A stretch of DNA of 64,000 bases from the IMG/VR virus record IMGVR_UViG_3300021197_001489, positions 186,001 to 250,000 of that record. One strand, 5' to 3'. Shown here piece after piece: positions 47,157-56,517 of the stretch (the stretch's first letter is position 1; each line of letters opens with the position of its first letter). Made by a program: the position numbers and the translations under genes. Below the pieces are notes generated by a model. The model was not told the origin of the DNA and made no database searches. It was given only the letters and a program-made list of their open reading frames with translations.

Positions 47157-47417
47157 ATGCAAAAAAAGACTCGTAGCATCTTTGAAGAACTTGATGGTAT
47201 CTACACTGAACGTCACAGCAATCTGGCAGAACGCAAGTACATTGTGGAAAGCCGTGCAAGCAATGTTATTGTTAGTGCCGTACGTCTGATGGAACAAATC
47301 GAAGAGCTTTACGATACCGAGCAAGCTGAAAATCTGCACCGTAAATTGCTAAATGCAATTCGCCTGCGTGACCCTAACAAATTTTCAAGGTCAGTGAGAC
47401 GCGCAGATGAGAAGTAA
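47157..47417 (+). CDS. Conserved hypothetical (virion module)
   Basis: TAAATA 47133-38 upstream; clean ORF. Confidence 0.7.
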   Translation: MQKKTRSIFEELDGIYTERHSNLAERKYIVESRASNVIVSAVRLMEQIEELYDTEQAENLHRKLLNAIRLRDPNKFSRSVRRADEK

Positions 47418-48432
47418 TGAACAACTGGTACAAGAAGCATTGCTAGCACAACTTAGCGAATATCAGCATCAACAACAGCAACAATTAGATGAAATCAATC
47501 CCTTCACTGGTGCTGCTAAAGCAGCTGGTGCAGTTTCGGGTGCAGTTAAAGGCGCTGGACAAAAAGTCGCAGGCACAGCAAAACGTGCAAAAAGTGCAAT
47601 AGGACAAGCCTATCAACAAGGACAAACTGGCGCACAAAAAGCAGTAGCCGGACAGGACTACAAAGCACCGGCAGCAAGACCAGCAGCCAGCGCAGCAAAA
47701 GCTGGTGGTTCTGCTGTAATGAAAGGCCTACAAGGTCTCGGGCGTGGCATTGGGGCATTAGGTGACCTCAAAGACAAAGTTGACGCATACGATGTTTCAA
47801 AAGGAACTGCTCTCCAGCAACGAGCTAGTGCTAATAACCTTACAGTGGCTCAGCAAAAACAAAAAGAAAAAGATGAAAAAGATGCCAAAGACAAAGCAGC
47901 AACGCCACAAGCACAGGCTGAACTTAAACGTAAACAAGACTTAGAAGCACAACTAGGAACAACTGGCGCAGCGGCCGCAGCTGGTAATGCTGCTGCTAAT
48001 GCTGCTAGGACAACAGCTCAAGCTGATAATAAGGCCATTAACAAAAGCATTGCTCGGCAACGAGCAAAAGTTGGTGCAACAGGCGTGCCAGGTCAAAAAT
48101 CAGCAAGCACTGGCACAACTCCAACTGCAACGCAAGTACCTGGACAACAACCAGCAAGCAGTGGCACAACCACAACAGCAAGCGGTCGTCCCGTAAATGT
48201 TAACGTTAACACTCCAAAAGCACAAAGTGACACAGCAAAAGATATTGCAGCAAAGACTGGCGCCACTGCTACAGCCAAGCAACCCAATTTAAAAATTGCT
48301 GGACAAAAAGTCAAGCCCGGTGATCCACTTTATGATAAGTTGGTTGCAATGATCCCAGCAGAAACACGTTCCAGTATCGATGGACTCAGCGACTTTGAAA
48401 AAGGCAGACTGAAAAAGGAGCTGTCAGCATGA
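47407..48432 (+). CDS. Ala/Lys/Gln-rich low-complexity putative internal head protein
   Basis: LDE|I cleavage-like site followed by a basic low-complexity region. Confidence 0.6.
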   Translation: MRSNEQLVQEALLAQLSEYQHQQQQQLDEINPFTGAAKAAGAVSGAVKGAGQKVAGTAKRAKSAIGQAYQQGQTGAQKAVAGQDYKAPAARPAASAAKAGGSAVMKGLQGLGRGIGALGDLKDKVDAYDVSKGTALQQRASANNLTVAQQKQKEKDEKDAKDKAATPQAQAELKRKQDLEAQLGTTGAAAAAGNAAANAARTTAQADNKAINKSIARQRAKVGATGVPGQKSASTGTTPTATQVPGQQPASSGTTTTASGRPVNVNVNTPKAQSDTAKDIAAKTGATATAKQPNLKIAGQKVKPGDPLYDKLVAMIPAETRSSIDGLSDFEKGRLKKELSA

Positions 48433-50027
48433 AACTAACTGAAGCAAAAATCATTGAACAGCGTGTAGCCTATAACCAACTCGTCGAGTCTATCTGCAAG
48501 GGAATGGATACTTCACAGCGTAACACAATTCTCGAAGCCAAAGCCAGTGCAAAAAACATCAACCGCGTATTGCGTGAAGCACAACTTAGTGCAGCGCAAA
48601 TTAACACACTGTTTGGTGCTATTGAACAAAATGCAACGGATAGTGGTAGTAATCGCACAGTAGTCGGCAAGGGCAAAGACGTTGTGGATGCAGTCAATAA
48701 CGGTATTAACAAAGTTGGCAAAGCATTACAAAACACTGCACCAGTAAAAGCATTTGATCAAAAGTTTGAACAACTCAAAGATTCAGTGAGTGCTAAGTTT
48801 CCAGAATTAGAAAAACAACTAAGTTCAATAGGCGAGTATGCCAAACAAAACCCTGGCAAAACTCAAGCAATTGTTACTGCTCTTACAATACTTGCTGGTG
48901 TAGCAACAGGTGGCGTTGGCGGCGCTATCGCAGGTCAATTATTACGCGGTAGCTTAGAACTTGTGAAAGGTGAAAAACTTTCAACCGCAGTTGGCAAAGG
49001 TGCTAAAACAGCAGCCGTTGGTTTTGTTACTGGTGTAATCTCAGACAAGATTGGCGACATGTTCTCAGGCGATCCAGAAACAGTAGCACAAGTATCTGGC
49101 GGTATTACCAGCGATGACATGCAAGGTGTAAGTGGTCAAGGTATTGACTTTGCTACAGCTAGAGAAGTTCTTAAACTGGACGATGCAGGAGCACAAGATT
49201 ACATTATAAGTGTGCAAGCCAATCAATTGTCAGACAGCTTGGCAAGCAGCACAGGATCAGTGTCACTGGGCGGAGAAATGCTAGACAAGGTCAAAGATGC
49301 AATTGAATTTACAGGTGATGTAAACGGTGATTGGTCGACTTCACTTGATGGTAATTTTCTTAGAGGTAATTTGTTTTTAACACCAGATGAAATGGCAGCA
49401 TTTGATGCATCGGGTCTTGATATAATGAGCAGCGAAGCAACCAGTTGGTTGGCTGACAATGTAGAAGGCGCAGCTGATCAGTTTCGCGTAAACGCAGTGT
49501 ACGACAGTGTTGACTATTCTGGCAAGAATACACTGTCAGAAACAGCTATCTTCAAACTATTTACAGCCGTTGCATACAAGCAGCCATTGGTAGAATCACA
49601 GCAACTAGATGAAGCACCAATCGGTGACATGATCAAAAAAGGTGCAAGTGCAGTAGCCGGCGCAGCCAAGAGCGCAGCCGGTGCAGTAGCACAAAAAGCA
49701 CAAACAGTTGGCAAAAACATCACAACCAAAGTCACAGTTGACAAACTTATGACTGCATGGAAAAAAGCAGGCTCACCAAACAACGATGCAAAAATGGCAC
49801 AATTCCTTGCAGGCTTTGGCATTGAACCAAGAGCAGTACAATCAGCATTTAAGACTGCTAAACTTGAAGTTCCTAAAGAGATACCAATGGATCAAGTTGA
49901 TGTTATTGTGTCGCAGACCAAACAAAATTCAAAACTAAAAGATGCTATTATGGCATACCTTGAAGGACCGACTAAGCGAACACCAGACACTGCACTTGGG
50001 CAGCAACAACAAACGGCAACGGCATGA
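48429..50027 (+). CDS. Putative injected virion protein with Gly-rich hydrophobic segment
   Basis: MKLTE leader; LRE|A and LDE|A; AIVTALTILAGVATGGVGGAIAG. Confidence 0.6.
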   Translation: MKLTEAKIIEQRVAYNQLVESICKGMDTSQRNTILEAKASAKNINRVLREAQLSAAQINTLFGAIEQNATDSGSNRTVVGKGKDVVDAVNNGINKVGKALQNTAPVKAFDQKFEQLKDSVSAKFPELEKQLSSIGEYAKQNPGKTQAIVTALTILAGVATGGVGGAIAGQLLRGSLELVKGEKLSTAVGKGAKTAAVGFVTGVISDKIGDMFSGDPETVAQVSGGITSDDMQGVSGQGIDFATAREVLKLDDAGAQDYIISVQANQLSDSLASSTGSVSLGGEMLDKVKDAIEFTGDVNGDWSTSLDGNFLRGNLFLTPDEMAAFDASGLDIMSSEATSWLADNVEGAADQFRVNAVYDSVDYSGKNTLSETAIFKLFTAVAYKQPLVESQQLDEAPIGDMIKKGASAVAGAAKSAAGAVAQKAQTVGKNITTKVTVDKLMTAWKKAGSPNNDAKMAQFLAGFGIEPRAVQSAFKTAKLEVPKEIPMDQVDVIVSQTKQNSKLKDAIMAYLEGPTKRTPDTALGQQQQTATA

Positions 50028-51901
50028 AACTAAATGAGGGTGGCAACGTTTTCAAAACCGCTGAAGGCGCGCCTGCCACACAACGCATTAATCAAACTGA
50101 CATCAAGCCAACTGTACAGTGGCTAGAGCAAGTCACTGGGCTGCCACTCATGGACAACATGCTGGGCAGCACAGGACAAAAGCCAACATCAGGTGACCTG
50201 GACCTTGCAGTTGACAGTGCAGTGATCAGCAAAGATGAACTCAGCAACAGATTAACAAAGTGGGCAGAAAGTCATAACTTTGATCCCAACGAATGGACCA
50301 AAAAGTCGGGTATTAGTGTACACTTTAAAACACCTATTACAGGACGAGAGGAACGCGGTTATGTGCAAACAGACTTTATGTTTGTGCAAAAGCCAGAATT
50401 CAGCAAATTTATATTGCGCAGTGATCCACAAAGTGAATACAAAGGCGCAACAAGAAACATTTTAATTAATAGTATCGCGAAAGCTCAAGGGCTTAAACTC
50501 AATCAAAATGCAGGCTTGTTCCGTCGGAGTGACAATGCATTTATTACAGACGATCCTGATCAGATAGCAAAAATGTTGTTGAATAAGAGTGCAACACAAG
50601 TTGACCTGGGCAGTGTCGAATCTATATTAGGTCAGCTGAGATCTGATCCGCAGCGCGATGCTAAACTAGATGACTTCCGTGGCTATGCCGAACGCGAAGG
50701 TTTTCAATTTGAAGAAGTAAATGAAGGCGGAGCGCATTGGCTTGCACGTTTGCGTGATAGAATTGTTCACCAGGGCATGGAAGTCATCACAGAAAATCCA
50801 TACACACCATACAAACTCACTGAAGGCGTGCGCATTGAGCATCCAGAAGATCTGGTATTTGATTATGGTTCAAAGGGCATTACACAAGCACTTGCTGGCA
50901 TACAGCGGTCCGCAGCAGAGCCTGCCAAAACAAACACTATCAAGTGGGATGGCAAACCAGCAGTAATATGGGGACGTGACGATGCAGGTGAATTTGTACT
51001 TACTGACAAATCCGGCTTCCTTGCTAAAGGCTACAACGGCATGGCAAAGTCACCGCAGGATATTGAACGCATCATGAACATGCGCAAAGGAGATAGAACA
51101 GACTTAATTGGCATTTATGCTAAACTGTTTCCATTGCTTAGCCGCACAGTACCCAAAGACTTCCGTGGTTATGTGCAGGGAGACTTGCTGTACAGCGACA
51201 CACCTCCGGTGGAAAATGGCAATTATGTGTTTACTCCAAACACAGTAACATACAGAGTCAGTGCCGATACACCACTGGGCAAAGCAATTGGTTCTTCAGA
51301 AGCAGGTGTTGCAGTACACACAACCATTGATGCGCCGGGAGGCAGTGTAAAGCCTACAACCAGTGCTATACTGGACAAAGCACCAGGAGTGCTAATACTT
51401 GATCCTACAATGAAAGACACTGGCAGTGCAATAGAACTTAACAGTGATTTGGTCAAGCAGATACAAGATACCTATGCCAATTACGCTCCAGAAATTGACG
51501 CATTGTTCAACCCAGGCGAACTAAGAGCAAGAAGAATAACCAACACTCCTGCACTGCTAAAGCAGTATATCAATAGCAAAGTACGAGCAGGCAACTACAA
51601 CAACATGGTCAAGGACTTTGGTCCTTGGATAACTGCCAAAGAAAAAACCAAAGCACCTCGTATCATTGAATGGATGAACGAAAACAAAGGTGGTGTTGCA
51701 GCATTGTTTAGCAGTTTTATAAACATCAGTCAACTTAAAAATGATCTAGTGCGTCAACTGGATGCACAGGATCAAGACGTAAAAGCTGCAATTGGAGATG
51801 AACCTGGACACGAAGGGTATGTGGGCGCAGGTATGAAGTTTGTGGATAGAATGCGATTCTCACAGGCTAACTTCGCACAAAACAATCCGGGAGGTGCATA
51901 A
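50024..51901 (+). CDS. Fusion of Pol-beta-like nucleotidyltransferase and RNA-ligase-like (KxDG) domain
   Basis: LGSTG...SGDLDLAV...VQTDFM; IKWDG, QGDLL, HEGYV, KFVDR. Confidence 0.7.
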   Translation: MKLNEGGNVFKTAEGAPATQRINQTDIKPTVQWLEQVTGLPLMDNMLGSTGQKPTSGDLDLAVDSAVISKDELSNRLTKWAESHNFDPNEWTKKSGISVHFKTPITGREERGYVQTDFMFVQKPEFSKFILRSDPQSEYKGATRNILINSIAKAQGLKLNQNAGLFRRSDNAFITDDPDQIAKMLLNKSATQVDLGSVESILGQLRSDPQRDAKLDDFRGYAEREGFQFEEVNEGGAHWLARLRDRIVHQGMEVITENPYTPYKLTEGVRIEHPEDLVFDYGSKGITQALAGIQRSAAEPAKTNTIKWDGKPAVIWGRDDAGEFVLTDKSGFLAKGYNGMAKSPQDIERIMNMRKGDRTDLIGIYAKLFPLLSRTVPKDFRGYVQGDLLYSDTPPVENGNYVFTPNTVTYRVSADTPLGKAIGSSEAGVAVHTTIDAPGGSVKPTTSAILDKAPGVLILDPTMKDTGSAIELNSDLVKQIQDTYANYAPEIDALFNPGELRARRITNTPALLKQYINSKVRAGNYNNMVKDFGPWITAKEKTKAPRIIEWMNENKGGVAALFSSFINISQLKNDLVRQLDAQDQDVKAAIGDEPGHEGYVGAGMKFVDRMRFSQANFAQNNPGGA

Positions 51902-52032
51902 TGGGTGACGCAGAAGCAGGAATAGAATTTATCTATCATATGAGAGAGCATCTTGTAGATGTTAGTATAGCCACTGTGTATTTGATTGCAGTGTATGCAA
52001 TAGTGCTGTGGATAAAGCGGAAGTTAAAGTAG
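51901..52032 (+). CDS. Small single-pass membrane protein (43 aa, not in ORF track)
   Basis: GGAGG RBS, TAATG coupling; VSIATVYLIAVYAIVLWIKRK. Confidence 0.6.
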   Translation: MGDAEAGIEFIYHMREHLVDVSIATVYLIAVYAIVLWIKRKLK

Positions 52033-53234
52033 TGGCTGTAACTCCTGTAGATATCAAACAACTGGAAACGTTTGCAGACAGAATGTTTGGCAAAGTAGGC
52101 ATTGACGTTGAATTTACACGGCACTTCCTAGACAGAGCCAATGACGAGCGCAATGACCGTGAGATTATGCCTGCTGAACTAACACGTTTGTTCAAACAGG
52201 AGTACAAGCGTTGGGCTAAACCTATTGCACAACTTGGACCAGACAGTGAAGCAGTAATGCGTGACACAGCTACAAATATCAACGTGCCGTTTGCACTGGT
52301 ATGGGATAACGAAAACCAAGAACTAGATCTAATTGCCAAAACTGTTATGCGCAAAGATGACTTCAAAACTGCTGATCAAGTTTTTGCTGTAGAAGATTCA
52401 CCGTTTGCAATTGCTAAACGCTATGTAATGCCAAGGATGTACGGCGGCAGTTATAAACAAGCAGCAGCAAGGTTGCACAGGATGTTAGCAGCACAAGGCG
52501 ATAAACTCAAACACGATCCGCGCTACTATGCAATGCAAATTGCAAGAACATTTGAAAAAATGGATACAAGAGCATTGTTTCAGTACTACAAAGAACAGTA
52601 TGGCAATGAAGCCATTACTGAAGCACCAGTTGTGATTGAGGAAGCTGAAGAAACTCCAGTGGAAGTAGTCGAGCAAAACATATTCCAAGAGCTCGACGAA
52701 AGTCGTATGTGGAAGCAGATCAAACAGCTAAATGGTTTGAAAATGAGCAAGGTTGGCGAATATGCATTTGAACAGTTGCTTGCATTGCAAATACTAGCCC
52801 AAAGTGATCCTGTATATGCTGCACGTCAAGCAGGGCAAATTATGAAACTGCAAAACTTTGATGGCTTCCGCACCAGTCAACCAGACCTTTACAATGTGCT
52901 TTGCGTCCTGCTAAAGCCGTCACAGTTCGACAAGCGTATTGATCAAGATGTAAAGATCACCATGCCTGAGCTACGCCTGAAACGTAATCTCAGAGCCATT
53001 GCCAAAGGTGAATTAAACAACAGTGATTACAGTTACATGATGCTGATGTTGCAGCGCGAAATGCAAGATTATTTGCCTGCTCCACTGGTGCAATTGCGCA
53101 GACAGGCTAGCAATTGGGATCGTATCGTGCCTTCGGATAGAAACACAATCACTGATAGACTGATGTTGCAAATGCGCGAAAAGGGTTTTCAGAACGAATA
53201 CTATGAACGATTGCGCACATCCAATTTCTCCTAA
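52032..53234 (+). CDS. Multidomain virion-module protein with N-terminal putative RNase-like (FTRHFLDR) domain
   Basis: GTG start overlapping previous stop; domains separated by xxE motifs. Confidence 0.55.
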   Translation: MAVTPVDIKQLETFADRMFGKVGIDVEFTRHFLDRANDERNDREIMPAELTRLFKQEYKRWAKPIAQLGPDSEAVMRDTATNINVPFALVWDNENQELDLIAKTVMRKDDFKTADQVFAVEDSPFAIAKRYVMPRMYGGSYKQAAARLHRMLAAQGDKLKHDPRYYAMQIARTFEKMDTRALFQYYKEQYGNEAITEAPVVIEEAEETPVEVVEQNIFQELDESRMWKQIKQLNGLKMSKVGEYAFEQLLALQILAQSDPVYAARQAGQIMKLQNFDGFRTSQPDLYNVLCVLLKPSQFDKRIDQDVKITMPELRLKRNLRAIAKGELNNSDYSYMMLMLQREMQDYLPAPLVQLRRQASNWDRIVPSDRNTITDRLMLQMREKGFQNEYYERLRTSNFS

Positions 53235-53289
53235 ACGGGCTAAATAAAAGTAGGAACTAAGGTTCCACCATTATTAAGGAGAAATCAAA

Positions 53290-53643
53290 ATGGCTTCATT
53301 TACAAGAACACACGGTGACTTTAAACCAGTCCTACACCTTGATACAGCATCATACACTTCAGGTGCAATCAACCTTCCAACATCAGCTGCTACAGTTAAT
53401 CCAGCTGGTCCTAAGTTAGACTTTTTCACAATCGCGCTAGCTACTGTTGCTACAGACGGTACTGTTGCTAAGACAGCTATCGATGCAATCCAAGGCAAAG
53501 CTACTATTGCTATCATGGAATTCACTGATACAGGTACAGACACACTGGCTATTGCTGTTTACCCAACAGAAGCTTGGACAACAGCTACACTTGACACAGC
53601 TACAGGCGGAACAACTTCTGCTACAGCTACATTCACTAACTAA
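53290..53643 (+). CDS. Highly expressed small structural protein (decoration-like)
   Basis: TAAATA promoter, AAGGAG RBS, biased codons (GCT/ACA), own terminator. Confidence 0.65.
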   Translation: MASFTRTHGDFKPVLHLDTASYTSGAINLPTSAATVNPAGPKLDFFTIALATVATDGTVAKTAIDAIQGKATIAIMEFTDTGTDTLAIAVYPTEAWTTATLDTATGGTTSATATFTN

Positions 53644-53666
53644 TTTTAGTTACTGAATAATTTATT

Positions 53667-53698
53667 AAAACCCTAGTTATTGCAACTGGGGTTTTTTT
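53667..53698 (+). terminator. Rho-independent terminator
   Basis: AAAACCCTAGTT-ATTGC-AACTGGGGTTTTTTT. Confidence 0.85.
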
Positions 53699-53714
53699 GT
53701 GACTAAGTAATAGT

Positions 53715-53939
53715 ATGGTAAAGACTAAATGGATATACGAAAGTCCAGACAAGGGGCAAACTGTTTATCGCAGACGTTTTGGTACACATCATAGGGAACT
53801 GGTAAGCAAAGCGCCAGAACCGCACAGTGTCGCAGCGCACATGAGTGAAATTGTTGCAGCAAGCGAACATGATACAGCGTTAAAAGAAATGCTGGACCAA
53901 CTAATGGTATATTGGAGATTGAAGCATGCAACTGATTGA
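53715..53939 (+). CDS. Hypothetical protein (IYESPDKG.TVYRR motif)
   Basis: TAAGTA-N5-ATG start. Confidence 0.7.
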   Translation: MVKTKWIYESPDKGQTVYRRRFGTHHRELVSKAPEPHSVAAHMSEIVAASEHDTALKEMLDQLMVYWRLKHATD

Positions 53940-54387
53940 TGTAGTAACACTGTTTGATTGCACTCCAACTGGCACAAAGAGTTACAGAAAATTATCAACG
54001 CCTGTGACAAACAATGTAGGAAAAAAAATTAAAACGCTAGATGATTGGAACTACAGTCGTAACCAACAACGCAACTGGGAAACTATCCTTCAGTGCATCA
54101 GTTTAAAAACACAAACTATTGAAGTAACAGAGCCAAACTGTTTTAGCAAAGACAATATCAACGTGTGGCAGTTTTCCTTTTGTATTGAACATCCTGGCAT
54201 CTTTGATGACGGAAACGATCCCTTAGGTTTATTGAAACAAGATGTACATGGTGTACCAATGATTGTTGGTCTGAGTGAAACCTATCAAGAAGGGTTTTTG
54301 ATGCCATATTTACTGTCAACTGGCGATAAAGCCAATGTGTATTTTAAGTTAATACAAGAAATACAAGACACTAGCCAAGATATTTAA
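53926..54387 (+). CDS. Conserved hypothetical protein
   Basis: TLFDCT.TG, RNQQRNWET, VPMIVGL.ET. Confidence 0.7.
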   Translation: MQLIDVVTLFDCTPTGTKSYRKLSTPVTNNVGKKIKTLDDWNYSRNQQRNWETILQCISLKTQTIEVTEPNCFSKDNINVWQFSFCIEHPGIFDDGNDPLGLLKQDVHGVPMIVGLSETYQEGFLMPYLLSTGDKANVYFKLIQEIQDTSQDI

Positions 54388-54429
54388 ATTTTTGGTAAAT
54401 AATATTAACAAATTTATGTAGAGAACAGA

Positions 54430-54693
54430 ATGGCTGATACCACACCAATTGAAAAAAAGAGTTTAGAAGCGCACGTTGACTTATGCGCTGAGCGATATAA
54501 AGCAATGGCCAAAAACATTGAAACTTTGGATTCCAAAGTTGACCATTTAGAAATGCTAATTAACCAAGTGCATGTTATGGTTGAAAAAATGGCACAACGC
54601 AGAAATGACCAGCTTATCGGCTGGGGCACTGGCATAATTGCATCTCTTTTAGGAGTAGTTGGATGGTTGATAATAACATACGTGGTCGGGTAA
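54430..54693 (+). CDS. Coiled-coil protein with C-terminal TM helix
   Basis: LEAHVDLCAERY, heptads, GIIASLLGVVGWLII. Confidence 0.7.
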   Translation: MADTTPIEKKSLEAHVDLCAERYKAMAKNIETLDSKVDHLEMLINQVHVMVEKMAQRRNDQLIGWGTGIIASLLGVVGWLIITYVVG

Positions 54694-55178
54694 CAGAAAA
54701 AGCCTCACGCCTATTACAACAAATTGCTGATGATATTTTAAATACCAATCCTAATGCAATTTTTAGGGATGGCAATAGTATTATGGCGTTTGCTGACTAT
54801 GAAATAGTCAAGTGTGAGGATTCAGTATACGAAATTTACAAACTTGATGACTACGCTGTTACCTTTAACAGTTGTCGGCTTGCACTTGCTTGGTGTATAT
54901 TTGACAAATACCAGCAGAGGCTGGATGCAAACAACTTGATATTGCTTGAATCAGATTTAATCCGCAAGCAAAGTGAAATGATGCACTATAGGCACTATAT
55001 AAACAGCAGGAAAATTACACAAATACAAAGAGAAGTTACTCTTGACAGATTGGATCTTGCAAAAGACCAACACCACCAACTGAGAAAACAAATTGATAAA
55101 TGCATAAATGTTGCTAAATACTGGCAGCAAAAAGGATTTGATAATGAAACTATTCGACCTAGAATCACCGCAGACTGA
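54663..55178 (+). CDS. Hypothetical protein
   Basis: Fills operon; start uncertain. Confidence 0.6.
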   Translation: MVDNNIRGRVTEKASRLLQQIADDILNTNPNAIFRDGNSIMAFADYEIVKCEDSVYEIYKLDDYAVTFNSCRLALAWCIFDKYQQRLDANNLILLESDLIRKQSEMMHYRHYINSRKITQIQREVTLDRLDLAKDQHHQLRKQIDKCINVAKYWQQKGFDNETIRPRITAD

Positions 55179-56130
55179 ACAGTCGCAGAAAGTTTTAGAG
55201 AGTTATTTTGGCAACAGTGTTGACTTTGCAAAAATGGCTCCAGTAGCAGCACAGAGCATGCTTACAAAAGTACGCAGTTTAATCAGTGAGCATCGCACAC
55301 ATACCAGTGAACGCGATCCTGGTTTTGTAAAACTGTTGGTTATGGAAAGAGGCCTTACAGCAAGACTTGCAATGCGTGAAGCAAACATTACACTTGAACC
55401 ACAAACAGGTGCAACACAGATCAAAGCTGATGGTGATGTAATCGGATCAACTGACGATCAAGCAACTGCTATGCAGTTCAAGAAAGATGTTGAAGATGGC
55501 AAAATTAAACTTGGTGAGAAAAAAGCAGACTACAGTGCAAAGAAAGCTGCCGCTGGTAAAGACATTGGCAAGCCAGGTAAAAACTTTTCCAAGATTGCTA
55601 AAAGTGCTGCCAAGAAATATGGATCAAAAGCAGCAGGCGAAAGAGTTGCCGGTTCAATCCTTAACAAGCTACGCAATGAAAATATAAAACTAAAAATGAA
55701 TGGCTCATATCTAACTGAAAATGAAGTACAGCAGGCTCAGGTCGTACTTGCTGCACAAGACATGGTCGATAGAATCCAGGACATGCTAGAAGACGTAACT
55801 GCTATGCAGTTTAAAGATCTGCCTGCGTTGAGTGCAAGTATCTCAAGCACAGTTGGCACAAACGAATCACAGGCTTTCAACAATGCTGCAAGTGCAGCAC
55901 TTGCTAGTCTAGTTGACGCAATCCAGTCTTCCAAAGTTGGCATGGAAACTGCACAAGGCACACTAACAGGACAAGAGCCTGTTGTGCCTGGAGCCGAAGA
56001 AGTTGCTACTCCAGTTGACCCAATGGCAGCTGATCCAATTGATGCAGTTGCTACTGATGTCGACGACGTTGAAGTTGATGTAGATGTTGAAGCACCAGCA
56101 GCAAACAGTCTAGGTAGAGCTCGCAGATAA
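55144..56130 (+). CDS. Putative prohead core/scaffold-like protein
   Basis: TAAATA and AAGGA upstream; MKLFDLE leader; many xxE sites; ends GRARR. Confidence 0.6.
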   Translation: MKLFDLESPQTEQSQKVLESYFGNSVDFAKMAPVAAQSMLTKVRSLISEHRTHTSERDPGFVKLLVMERGLTARLAMREANITLEPQTGATQIKADGDVIGSTDDQATAMQFKKDVEDGKIKLGEKKADYSAKKAAAGKDIGKPGKNFSKIAKSAAKKYGSKAAGERVAGSILNKLRNENIKLKMNGSYLTENEVQQAQVVLAAQDMVDRIQDMLEDVTAMQFKDLPALSASISSTVGTNESQAFNNAASAALASLVDAIQSSKVGMETAQGTLTGQEPVVPGAEEVATPVDPMAADPIDAVATDVDDVEVDVDVEAPAANSLGRARR

Positions 56131-56478
56131 ATGCAGATTCGCGAGTTTACTGAAAGATCGGACAGACCGTCTGCTCAACAGCTTACAGCACTCGCAGAAT
56201 ATCTGCTAGGTCGCACCGACGACACTGACAGCAACAAAACAGTGCCTATCAATGCATTTCTCAGTATGGCACACAATATGGGTGTGAACATCACAGACAC
56301 ACAACTGCGTACACTGGCTAGCGAAGATCCCCTTAAGAATATAATTGTCAATGTAACAGATGACGAAATCATACTTAGTGGTGCTGGCGAAAACGATGCA
56401 GAGGCAGATACTATGACTGTTGACCAAGCACAAGACACAGTTGCTGGCATGGCAAATTCGGCTAACGATCTTACATAA
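56131..56478 (+). CDS. Hypothetical head-associated protein
   Basis: MQIREFTE leader; abuts previous gene. Confidence 0.6.
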   Translation: MQIREFTERSDRPSAQQLTALAEYLLGRTDDTDSNKTVPINAFLSMAHNMGVNITDTQLRTLASEDPLKNIIVNVTDDEIILSGAGENDAEADTMTVDQAQDTVAGMANSANDLT

Positions 56479-56483
56479 ACTAC

Positions 56484-56511
56484 TTGACTTCTGTTGTGAT
56501 TCCTGTACAAT
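56484..56511 (+). promoter_or_regulatory. Sigma70-type promoter, probably leaderless transcript
   Basis: TTGACT 56484-89, 16 nt, TACAAT 56506-11, 6 nt, ATG. Confidence 0.65.
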
Positions 56512-56517
56512 AGTATT

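Noticed and set aside
47500-48300. GCA/ACA-rich quasi-repeats as a DNA repeat element or DGR
   Set aside because: Explained by low-complexity Ala/Thr/Gln coding; no template/variable repeat pair or reverse transcriptase in the window
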